Of a stretch of 64,000 nucleotides of DNA, positions 25,701-35,976 are shown in pieces (within the stretch, counting starts at the first letter, position 1; the number at the start of each line of letters is the position of its first letter). Source of the DNA: Macrostomum lignano. Taxonomy: Eukaryota. The position numbers and the translations under genes are program-made. A model generated the notes under the pieces. That model searched no databases, was not told the DNA's origin, and saw only the letters and a program-made list of their open reading frames with translations. The stretch is taken from positions 1 to 64,000 of the forward strand of contig NIVC01002817.1 in the NCBI GenBank assembly GCA_002269645.1. The letters are read 5' to 3'.

Positions 25701-28223
25701 AGATTTAAGTAGCCATCTCATACAAGATTATGGCTTTTCTTATGTGCTACTTGGTGAGTTTGTTAATAATTAGCAACTGTTAGATGAGTATGCACACTGT
25801 TGTTTTTTATGAAAATCGACAGTGATTGTACTAAACCTTTTAGGTGAATGCCAGTTGGACCGACTTGAGGGAGAGTTTTCCCTTTATCGTCAAGGTCATG
25901 GAGGCTGCTATTATATATCAGTGGATCAGATTATGGCTAGTGCTCGCCTCTATTGCATGCAGCTCTATGCGCAACTTCAAGTTTTGCCACCAGATCACTT
26001 GCCATCCGCATGTTGTCAGCATGATGTCACTGATAAAGAGACTATCAGTTTTGACAAGCTAAGTTTATCCGTTGCTCGAATTTCTACTGAAGAAAAAGCC
26101 TCTCTTTACTACATTTGTGGCTACGTTTCACACAAAGAAAATTTGCCTGACCGAGCAATTGCAACAAGTTTGCCTACTCTGGATACTTCCAATGCTTGTA
26201 GTGAGTTCACCACGCTTGTATCTTGAGGGAAACTAAGCCATCTGCCTGAATGGTTAGTTGTCTTTGCCTGCTTCTATTATGCCTATTCTATTGGTTCTAG
26301 GCAGCGTTGTATTAACGGTTCCATGCTTGTAATTAAGAAAATCTTCAAAAAATTTTTCATGTTCAACTGGACTGACATCTGCTGGGTGGAGTGTCTCGAA
26401 GACTGGCCAACTCCATCTATAAAGGCATAGTGCACAGAGATTCCGAGATGTCCAGACAATCAACCACCATTTGCTCTCGCCGACTCCACAAACTGAAGCC
26501 TAGCTGAATGTTTCTTTCAAACACCTGCATATTTTTAAACTTTGTTATAGCCATCTATGTTTTCCTTATACAGAGTACGGAGTACAGAGTTTTCCAATTT
26601 GTTGCATATCATACTTTTCAATTATTATTTACAATTCTTATGCTAGGAATATTTGCATATATTTATTGTTTGTTTAACTGTAAAAATAATGATTATAGCA
26701 CAAAACTTTTATAATTATCTATCACTTAGTACTTGCTTCTTTATCCAAAAGGCTTATTAAAAAACCATAGACACAGCTAAAGCAAGCGGCCTTTTCTAGA
26801 ATTTCTACCATTCGCGAGTGTAGCATCCTGAGTTGTTAAGTAGTCCTTGCTACACAATCTGGACCCCATAGTCCAGATCATGGTAGGCATATGCAAGAAT
26901 AAAAATTCATGTTTTTTATTAATTTTATGCCGACATAAAATTATAAAAAATATTTCCACTAAGACAAAAATTGTTTATATATCATTTTTTGAAGAATATA
27001 TTTTTTAGGAATTCAAAACCTTTACTAAACTTTAAAACCCTTTTTGTTGCTAAAAACTGATATTCTTTGTTTTAATTAGACTTTCTTGTGATTGTATTAT
27101 TATTTTCTATTTTAGTCTCTGATTATTTTTAAAGATCTTTCAACATTGGTTGATATTTAATTACACAATTACATTAGCCTTGAACTTGGCTATTTTTTGT
27201 ACACCGACTGTGTATACTTTATGTTGAACCTGAAAATTCTATACACCAAGTGTACACCAATATTGTCAGCAAAAATACGCTAGAAAATCTAGCATAAAGG
27301 CCACTTTCTAGACTATGGTCTAGACCCTAGACTAGAGGTCTTATCATTTTTTAACAATAAACCTAGCATATACTACATTCTAGATCATGCAATATATGCT
27401 TGAAAATTTGGGTATGCATTGGCTTTGCATGCCAAAATTAGGTGGGCACAATTGGCGTGCATCACTTTTAAAAAAATAGTATGCATGCATATCTATCTAG
27501 CTTGCACTTAATACAATTATGTGGAAAAGTTGTAAAGTAGAATAAAGTTCATTTTTAAGTGTAAATTTTAAGCTTTATGTTTTTAGCATATAACAAAGCA
27601 GTTAAACAAATTTGTGTGTATTGATTTTGCACTATAAATAATATTGCCAAAAAGCATCAAAAGTAACCAAATTATTTGCCAAAAAGGGTTCAATATACAA
27701 TTTTAAAAGGGTCATTTTCTGTTGCAATATAATAACTTAGGTCATTTATTACTGCAATACCAGTGTATTTTTGAGAATGGGCGTGCACTCAATTTTTTTG
27801 GCATGTATTTGTAATTATTCAATTTTTGTTTGGGCGTGCATCCAGTATGATCTAGACTATGGGGCATTGTATACACTAATATAAAATCTGAACTATGGTA
27901 TATGATTAATTATAAAATGTAAAATTATACTATTCATAATTTTTTAAACCATTATTATTTGACATAATGACAATAGAAACAATATGCACCATTTAATTTC
28001 AAGCCTCTAGCTATTGCACAATTTTACTAATAATATCAAGAATCATTTATTGTTATGCAAATTATTTATAAATATACAGAACTAAAATATAATACTTGTA
28101 TTTTCATTTTAGATAGCTACAGCATAAGTAAGACTTTTACTATTAATATAGTTATGTTGAAACTTACTTCTCCTGTGCCTGTGCATCAGAAGGAACACTA
28201 TTTGCTTTGCCTTTTGCATACAT
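18798..28223 (-). CDS. SSBP3: Single-stranded DNA-binding protein SSBP2/3/4 (Ssdp; LDB1 cofactor), 4 exons
   Basis: Exon 1 28223-28168 [18 protein letters not shown](K); exon 2 20822-20688 [44 protein letters not shown]; exon 3 20598-20514 [29 protein letters not shown] (LisH/LUFS domain); Pro/Gly-rich last exon ~19770-18798 ending [11 protein letters not shown]. Last acceptor unresolved. Confidence 0.93.
19784..20460. repeat. 23-bp minisatellite (~29 copies) abutting the SSBP last acceptor
   Basis: Unit catgtgagattagagctgattct. Confidence 0.95.
20514..20822 (-). CDS. SSBP3: SSBP exons 2 (20822-20688) and 3 (20598-20514)
   Basis: Near-identical to the conserved SSDP N-terminal domain; canonical splice sites. 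Confidence 0.95.
21225..21820. repeat. ~70-bp inverted repeat pair (about 21225-21295 and 21745-21820) flanking back-to-back CCATAG-family termini
   Basis: ctttctttgattgacacttaagctctgtgtcatctatatactaaacctgacttgcctattttt recurs reverse-complemented; ctatgg-ggcaggtg-ccatag at 21419-21438. Confidence 0.75.
24451..26507 (+). mobile_element. Decayed P-element/THAP9-like transposase with an intron, in SSBP intron 1
   Basis: [46 protein letters not shown] (D-x2-H), YVLLG|[25 protein letters not shown] with GT-AG intron 25754-25843, RRLAN; several in-frame stops and frameshifts. Confidence 0.85.
26866..27318 (-). mobile_element. Second copy of the CCATAG-terminus MITE, inverted
   Basis: Same left and right termini as 13603-14062; flanks TCTGGACC / TCTAGACC (7/8 match). 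Confidence 0.8.
28168..28223 (-). CDS. SSBP3: SSBP exon 1
   Basis: 56 nt, donor AA|gtaagt, phase 2 matches exon 2. Confidence 0.9.
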
Positions 28224-28397
28224 ACTGTATTGAGCAAAGCAAAATGGCTCCTTAATAAAATCAGAAATTGATTTTTAAGACAATATTCTTTTGCTTTATT
28301 TGCTAAACTTAACGATGTCCTTACTTAGAAACACACTATATAGCAATTATCAGAACAGCAAAGCTAAAAGAAAAAAGTTTTGTCGTGAAAAGTTACG

Positions 28398-28776
28398 GGG
28401 TCTCCCTAAAACACGCACCGCCCCGCCCCGAACCGCTACACATTATAACATTTTTTGTCAATGCAGTATTTGATTGCAAAGAAAACTATTTGTTGTAAGA
28501 GTAATGGAATAAATATCTTTTATTATTATTATAAATATTATTATTATTTTTATATTCTTGTTTTCATTATTAAATTATATTCTTATTATTTTATTAATAT
28601 TATTATTAATATCACTTATTATTTACCGAATTTTATATTTCATAGTAAAAAAACTAAATTTAATAAAAACTTTGAAGCTTAACAGAAATCGCATTTTGAA
28701 GTGTCTTCAGTTATAGTCCAATTTGTTTTAATGTGTAGCGCTGCAGGGCGGTGCGGGGCGTGTTTTAGGGAGACCC
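28398..28776. mobile_element. 379-bp non-autonomous element with ~46-bp TIRs and 9-bp TSD (MULE- or Merlin-like)
   Basis: TIR gggtctccctaaaacacgc...cgctacacat; identical flanks AAAGTTACG at 28389-28397 and 28777-28785; AT-rich (TTA-like) core. Confidence 0.85.
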
Positions 28777-29462
28777 AAAGTTACGAAAAATATTTATTTG
28801 TAACATACATGTAAACAAAATTTTATTTAAAAAATTACCGCAATATTGCCAACCTATGGAAAATAAAACATTCAGAACATAATTCTTTTTTATGTCCTAT
28901 GCTCATAACTATGGTACCAACACTTTTAGTTTGAATCGGATGTCATAAATTTTGAAAGCCGGCAGAACGTCTGTACGCTTGTCATTATTTGTTTTGCGAT
29001 AATTATACCATCTTGCCGAAAAATTAAAGAGCCACAACTTCTAATGAATTGGAGTCTGATTGCCTGCTTCCTCACATTCTCTGAACCTAAATTGGCTGTC
29101 TGTGAGAGTTAGGCCAATCCATCAGATTTTATGGGCCCATGCAGACCGGCAATTGTAGCATACAGTTCCAAAATCGCTCCATTGGTTGCTTAATTGATGG
29201 CCCACGGAATGAGACTGGTTGATCGCAAAATTTTCTTTCAAAATTCACTTAGTCTACTTATTTGATCTGTTTGGCATGCCAGCGCGAGCATGGCTTCTAT
29301 TTTTTATGCCAGGTCAAGACGTGGAAATTAACGGAGCGGTACATGTAGTTGGAGCGGGCTTGATAAGCTAAGCGAAGCACGTACGCGCATGTAGAGCGTA
29401 AACAACTTGGTTATCGGTGGAGTTACATTTACGTCGCAGTGTACGTCATTAATGGCCGGAGA

Positions 29463-29532
29463 TAGCGCCGCAGGCAGTCATTTTAGCGCTGCAGCCACTC
29501 ATTTTAGCGCTGCAGGCACTCATTTTAGCGCG
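29463..29532. repeat. Three copies of the 21-bp unit also found as a long array at 60045-61030
   Basis: cattttagcgc(c/t)gcaggcact. Confidence 0.85.
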
Positions 29533-30154
29533 GCTAGGTTCCTATTTTACTCTGATAAGTTTCTGCCATAGCAGATGTCATCATGTCTCCAATCTATAGA
29601 GATGTCGAGATTTTGAGATGAGACTCGATTGCATGCAGGGCGCGATTTGAAAATGAAATTTGATTTGCTACAACAAGCCGTAAAGGATACTTAATTTTTG
29701 GTCAAAATTGAGAATAATTCGAATCACTTTTTTATTCCATCCATAGACTTTTTCGAAACGCGACAGGAAAAATAGGCTGAGAATAGAAAACTGGCGTGCC
29801 TATGCTATCAAAAGCAGCAGAGAAAGCAGATATGAAGAATCAAAGGAAGGCTTCTCATTGGGACCAATGAGTATGAAAACTCATTCAAAAATGCCTTAAA
29901 ATAAACCATGGGATGCCTCGCGTGATGTGGAAGCAATGATGCAGGAGCGCAGATTCTGCAAGCCGCCCCCAGTAAACAGCAGTTTACACTGTCACTTTGG
30001 TAACGCAATATTTCAGCGAAAACGCAGAATAAATTTTACTAAGCATCGCCCTTGTCGCGCCCAGCCACCCAACCGGTGATTTGGAAAAATTAATAAAGCC
30101 GACAGCCCAAGCAAAATACAAAAGCCACAAGCCTCATCTGCACAGCCGCTAACA

Positions 30155-30982
30155 ATGCAGGCCTCATCAATTCTGCCGCTTCTCTGCTGCTGCGTCGCTT
30201 TCGGCTGCTCGCTGGGCGCCGAATTCGGCCCGGTGGGCTGCTTCGTGGACGGTCCAACTCGAGACTCAAAGGCAGGTCAACCATCGGGCCGTTACATGTA
30301 CTCGGTGTCCTCGTCAATGGTCCGCCTCAACCACATGACTCTGGAACTGTGCAGCGAGATCTGCGCCTATGGAAACTTTGAGTACTTTGGCATTCAGATT
30401 TCAGTGGAATGCTTCTGTGCAAACTCGTATGGCTCCCTCGGCCAGGCTGCCGACAGCGACTGCAACAGGAACTGCGGCGGCAACTCTGCTCAAGTCTGGG
30501 GACAGATTGGAGAAACTCCGTGTACCGGCAGGTCTACCTTCGTCCAGGTGAGTTCAATTGTTCTAACATAATATTCATTTATTTGGCATGACAAAGTAAA
30601 CTCAGAGTGCACGTGTGAGGGTGTGCAATCCTCAAGGCCGATTTAAACTGTGGTAAATCAGGATAAATCACACATGCTGGTACAGTACAAAATTTACTGA
30701 ATTGTAACTGCTCACTCAGTCAGTCTCACCAGAACTGCTGTGAACTCTCATTTGTCTTTCCAGTGTAGCAAGTACTTCACTTTTGCCGATCGAGTCTACC
30801 TGAACGTGACCTCCTCCAGCGGGCCCTTCTACCGCACCGAGCAGCCCGTGATGGGCCTGAACGAGTGTCTGATTCGCTGCCAGGCCGTGCTGCTCCACCT
30901 GGACGCCTGCCACCTGCTGAGATTCCCCGTTGTGCCGCACGAGCTGAAGGCCGTGGCTGGAGAATTCGCCGTTCGAGTGTGA
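30155..30982 (+). CDS. Secreted WSC-domain protein followed by a PAN/Apple-like exon
   Basis: Signal peptide; GCFVD..MTLELCSEIC..YFGIQISVECFCANSYGSLG....DCNRNCGGN; exon 1 30155-30547 (gtgagt donor); exon 2 starts at 30720 or 30764 with MGLNECLIRC..C..F; frame ambiguity at 30497-30501; 3' end uncertain. Confidence 0.78.
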
Positions 30983-31011
30983 GGGACGGCTTGATTCGGA
31001 ACAAGGACTCG

Positions 31012-31590
31012 TGGTTGCTGAAGACTTTGATTGCTGAAGCCTTTGATTGCTGAAGCCTTTGATTGCTGAAGCCTTTGGTTGCTGAAGACTTTGATTGCTG
31101 AAGCCTTTGATTGCTGAAGCCTTTGATTGCTGAAGCCTTTGGTTGCTGAAGACTTTGATTGCTGAAGCCTTTGATTGCTGAAGCCTTTGATTGCTGAAGC
31201 CTTTGATTGCTGAAGCCTTTGATTGCTGAAGCCTTTGATTGCTGAAGCCTTTGATTGCTGAAGCCTTTGATTGCTGAAGCCTTTGATTGCTGAAGCCTTT
31301 GATTGCTGAAGCCTTTGATTGCTGAAGCCTTTGATTGCTGAAGCCTTTGATTGCTGAAGCCTTTGATTGCTGAAGCCTTTGATTGCTGAAGCCTTTGATT
31401 GCTGAAGCCTTTGATTGCTGAAGCCTTTGATTGCTGAAGCCTTTGATTGCTGAAGCCTTTGATTGCTGAAGCCTTTGATTGCTGAAGCCTTTGATTGCTG
31501 AAGCCTTTGATTGCTGAAGCCTTTGATTACTGAAGCCTTTGATTGCTGAAGACTTTGATTGCTGAAGCCTTTGGTTGCTGAAGCCTTTGA
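31012..31590. repeat. 16-bp minisatellite (~36 copies)
   Basis: Unit gattgctgaagccttt. Confidence 0.96.
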
Positions 31591-32269
31591 TTTGTAAGAC
31601 GGTATGTTGCAAGACAAGACTGTCGAGACAAGAATTTTAGCTTACTGTCTTGTAGCGACAACTTTATGACTATTTCAATGTTTTCGGCTTGAGATCCATC
31701 AATTTTCAGTTTAGTGTCTCGTAGAATAAAAATGCTCTTAACCAAGTCAGTAGAAATTGTTAACTATTCTGTCAATATTTAATGTAAACAGACATGAATC
31801 GAGAATAAATCTGCAGATATGCATCACACAGTACAAAGTCTGAATGGTTGCATTTGGAAGAAAACTGCCGGCCCATGTATTTGATATTCCATTTTTGCTT
31901 GCATAGCCACATTACCATTTCTCATACTGGTTGTACAGGTGGGCAGGCCCGCATGCATATTCGCACCAAACACTAGGAATGCGACAACAACTCCACACTC
32001 CATGCAGGCTTTCATTTCCTTTCCAGTGACACCAAGCTTGTCTGTGCAGTTGGTTTCATGTTTTGAAATTTCAAATTGAAAAGATAAAAGTGATGCTCGC
32101 TGTCTCCGAAATTTTCTCTTTAAAATGTTTAACATACCTGACAACATTGCTTGCAATGCAATTTGAGCAAATTCGTACAGTTCAATTTCTTATTTTTCGG
32201 CTATATAGTCTGAACCACGATTTTCTTTTATTTTACCTGTAACAGGTAAAAAGTACCTGCTGATTAAGG

Positions 32270-32680
32270 CCCAAGCTCGCCCTCTCCGTATGGCTGCTTC
32301 TCTCGCCACCGCTTCCTTCAGGGCCAGGTACCCGAGGAGCGGTGCGCCTTCTGCCGCTCAGGCAGTGAAAACGCCGAGCACTTTATCTGCCACTTCCCGG
32401 TTTTCACCAGGGCCAGGCTCATTCACCTCGGGCCAAACCCGGTTCCCTCCGACGTTTGCAGGCCCGAGAGCATCCCGCTGCTCGCCCGGTACCTCAGGGA
32501 CTTCTTCCCACCGCTGGTGAGGAGGACCGTGCTGCAGGCGAGAGCAACGGGTCCCCCTGAGCGACATCACTTCATTGGAAGTCATTGGTCGCCAGGGGCT
32601 GGGGAAATGGGCAGTCTCCTCCGCTTCCTCGCTGCATCCGCCGGACGCCCCCTGCAGCTAAGTGAATTTAAGTCAAGCCC
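32270..32680 (+). mobile_element. 3' end of a LINE (I/R1/Tad1-like ORF2 zinc knuckle plus tail)
   Basis: Frame not in the ORF track: GCFSRHRFLQGQVPEERCAFCRSGSENAEHFICHFPVFTRARLIHLG, followed by tail ccctgcagctaagtgaatttaagtcaag. Confidence 0.65.
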
Positions 32681-32920
32681 AGGCTCATGAGCTTGTGATG
32701 AAGAGAAATCAACACGGTTCTTTTTGGCATGCATGCGGTTCATTTCTAAAAACAATCGTAATAACACCACGTGTCAGGACAGAACGCACGTTCCCCTGCA
32801 CCTCAATTTTGACTGGTTCTCAGGCCACTGCTAAAAAACGACTGAGTATTTAAACGCTACAGTTGTCTCTAATAAATCTTTTTTGTTTTTATCCGTGACA
32901 TTTTTATAACCATATTCAAC

Positions 32921-33331
32921 ATGAGTGATGCTGACTGCGTTGTTTTTGAAGCACTTTGTCTTGCCAAAATGGAAATTTGCCATTGGCTTCCGCAAGCGAC
33001 TACAACGAAGATGGGCAGAAACTGCAACGAAGAAACTGCAAATAAGAAGTACGTTCTTAATTGGTTTATCTCACGAAGTAAGCGTGGTGATCACTATTGC
33101 GCTTCTACGATGAAGGATTATTTCAGCATGCTGCAATGCCACTTGGTCAGCGAATGCGGAAAGTCATGGAGAAAGTCATCAGCGCCGATGTGCACTGGAT
33201 GCTTCTATGAAGCTGAGCACATGTGACGGCAAGGGTAGTGGACTGCGTCGTGCAGGACCTGTTTCATCTGGCATCGAAGAGAAACTCTGGTCTGAAGATG
33301 TGCTTGGTAAAATGATAGTCCGCGACAACTG
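32921..33331 (+). mobile_element. Decayed Crypton-like (DUF3504/ZMYM-KCTD1-type tyrosine recombinase) fragment
   Basis: LNWFISRSKRGDHYCASTMKDYFSMLQCHL, then in a shifted frame ALDASMKLSTCDGKGSGLRRAGPVSSGIEEKLWSEDVLG, matching the LDA.MK..G.G...A.P....EEKLW...LG signature. Confidence 0.65.
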
Positions 33332-34535
33332 GTGAGTTCCGTGATTTGGGTGTCGGGAAGTGAACGTCTAAATACCCATCGAACTAACTTTGAACTGTCA
33401 AACCAAAAAACTGTTCAACAACTGTTCGCTACGTACAGCATTAAAATTTGCTGCTTTTATTTATTTTTAGTACTTTCCTGTTGTTGCGACTTTCTCAGTC
33501 ATTTCTTTAGTTCACCTTCACTCGTACTCTGTTTACTCTGCTTTCTCTCTGTGTCCAGCTCAATCTTGTTATTCTTATCTCTCTCTCCCAATCAATAAAA
33601 TTGAAAAAGGAACTAGTTCTTAAGAAAATGTGCTTCATTTGCATGAGTATTTTTGTTCCTTGCTTATTGGGCGCCCCGAAGGCCGGAGTACTAGACTGCT
33701 AGTTTTGGGAGAAATTGGAATCTCGGCTTGGGTCTGCAATTAATTGGCCTTGAAGGCCAACCCCCAAGCACAGTGAAGTGTACATCCTAACGATATTTAC
33801 ACTCCTGTGTGTGCGCCTGTGCCGCTGTTACGTATGACTGCGTACGTATCCGCGCGCTTGTGTGCCATGCCTGTCAAAGACGATCTATACGGCTTTTTCA
33901 CTTGGTAAATTTGTTAATCGAATAAGCAGCATTAAGAGCATTAATTTCAAAGCTACAAACAAGCTTATTACGAGTACGAGCGTAGGTTTCCGTATTGATC
34001 GAAAAAACTTATTATTAGTCAATGCACAAAAACTGCTCGCGACATCTATTTTTAAACTGAGGCGTAGGTAAGCAATAGAAAAAGCAACGACCGCCAAAGC
34101 TATCCAAGCAGACCGGCTCTAGACAAGCCGACCTCAATGCCCAAAAGAAAATAACGAGGCTGAGGGCCTGCGAATGCTTGGGGGTTTGATGTTGTCTATC
34201 AGCATCACAGAAAGAAGCTGCTGCGCTAGCGCTAACCCTAAAATACACCGCCTGGAATAATATTCGTTTTGAGACGCAAGTCTCACACTCATAATAGGGC
34301 CTTTAGAGGCCTGCGTGTTTGAAAGTCTTTCTGTCATGCAGTAAGCAGAAGATAACAGAAAAAATAAAACCTGTTGTGTGTGTTCTGGTCTAAAAACACG
34401 ATCACTGCTGCAATTTGTAGATGTAGAACAGGGATGTTAAAAGAGTGTAAAAGATTTTAAATTCAGGACTGTCTCCATGAAGAGATGGCCAAGGAGAACA
34501 AAGTTTAGCAGCGCTCTCGCACTGCCACTGTCGAT

Positions 34536-35976
34536 CTACCACAAGTTGTGCAGCTTGCGCAACTTCTCGCGAAGCACATATGGCGTGCCTGTCAACAGAG
34601 CCTGACGTTTGTACTTTTCAACAAGACCCAAAACTTGCCTTATACTCTGAGAATGTGCGGTCGCAATAAGCAGCTCTTGAGCATCAGAGTTCTCATCATT
34701 ATAAACATCCCGGATCCAGGCCCGACTGACTTCATCGCTTATTTGCTGCAACTCATGCCGCAGAGCCCACAGCAGAGCATTGAAGTTCATGTAAAATTGT
34801 GTTGGGGAATTCGTTGCTTGCATTGGAAAGCATTCGGCAAGAACTGCTGACAAAAATTGAAATTTGGGTCGTTGATCGAACTCAAAGCAGAACTTCCACG
34901 CGGAGTCCCGGCTTCTCAGATGCCGCCAAACGAACTCCGTAGTTGCCTCATTCGCTGACCTCTCAGCGGACCAAGCCATGCCTCTGCTCACCGAGAGGCC
35001 TCTGCACTGACTCACGATTCTCTCTGCAGTTCCTCGGTAGCCAAACTTCAGGCAGGCCAGCGCTCTGAGAGCCTCCCGAGCTGAGCGGGCGCAGTCTGGC
35101 AGTCTGGCAATCAGCTCTGTGAGCGACTCCTGAGACTGCGGGCTGCAGTCGCCGTGGGAGAGACGCACCAGACACTCCCTCACCACGTCGTAGATCTCGT
35201 AGTACTCGAGGCTGTTGGCTTTCCGTATCGGATTCGTGTTTACAAACGGCATAATTTGGAACGGATGGAAGTAGAATGTGCCGGAATCATCTACTTGCCT
35301 GAGACTCTCAATGAACTTTAATAGCAGCTGAGGGAGCTGATCAATCACTGTTCTTAATATAATTGCAATACAGCACAGAGTCCGGTCCATGTTTCCATCC
35401 TTTTGCCCTACTCCTTTGAGGTAAAGATCTACATTGCTCAGGAAGAAGTGCTCCATGATCCGGCCGTGAGCATTGTCGGGCGAGCGACTGCTCTCCACAC
35501 AGCCAAGCAGAATCTGCAGCGACCTCCTCACGAGACTCACGAGGTTCCACTGCTCGACCGGCATCTCCTCCACCATTCGGAACGTGGTAGTCTTCGCGTG
35601 GTACGGCTTCAGGCCTTGCTGGTTGAAGCCGTCCTTGCTGCAGATGACCTTCTTGACCAGGTACTTGAGAGTGACAAACAGCTGGCCTTGGAGAGTAGTG
35701 AGACTTCTGAGCATCCGCTTCTCCAGGAAGCTGGTGCTCACACGGAGCTCCTGGCCTCCTCGACCAGGAGAGGCTGCGTGCACCACGTGACAGGGCGTTG
35801 AGTCGGAGTCGACATCTTGTTGTAGAGCCTGCAGAACAGACTTAGGTATGTTTGAGTTGAAGACTCGAAGAGGCTGGAGCGGCCTAATGCTCGGGTAGCA
35901 GCAAAGAAGATCGGCTAAGACGTTGTCAACGCCGGTTTTAGAGCAGACCCAACTGAAGCGAGTGCCGGGCTTGAGG
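34536..35976 (-). CDS. Exon 3: third catalytic Asp, Mab21 helical bundle and ~290-aa C-terminal extension
   Basis: ttttaattgcag acceptor, phase 1; Mab21 C-terminal signature motifs in the 416-aa ORF. Confidence 0.88.

Noticed and set aside
26777-26959. Short ORF as SSBP exon 1
   Set aside because: No SSDP similarity; the real exon 1 was found at 28223-28168
21433-27862. A single 6.4-kb autonomous P element bounded by these two termini
   Set aside because: Flanks GGCAGGTG and GGCATTGT match at only 4 of 8 positions; kept as a hypothesis only
33665-34330. Possible Helentron/HINE-like element (GC-rich short hairpins at both ends)
   Set aside because: Termini and target site could not be defined from sequence alone
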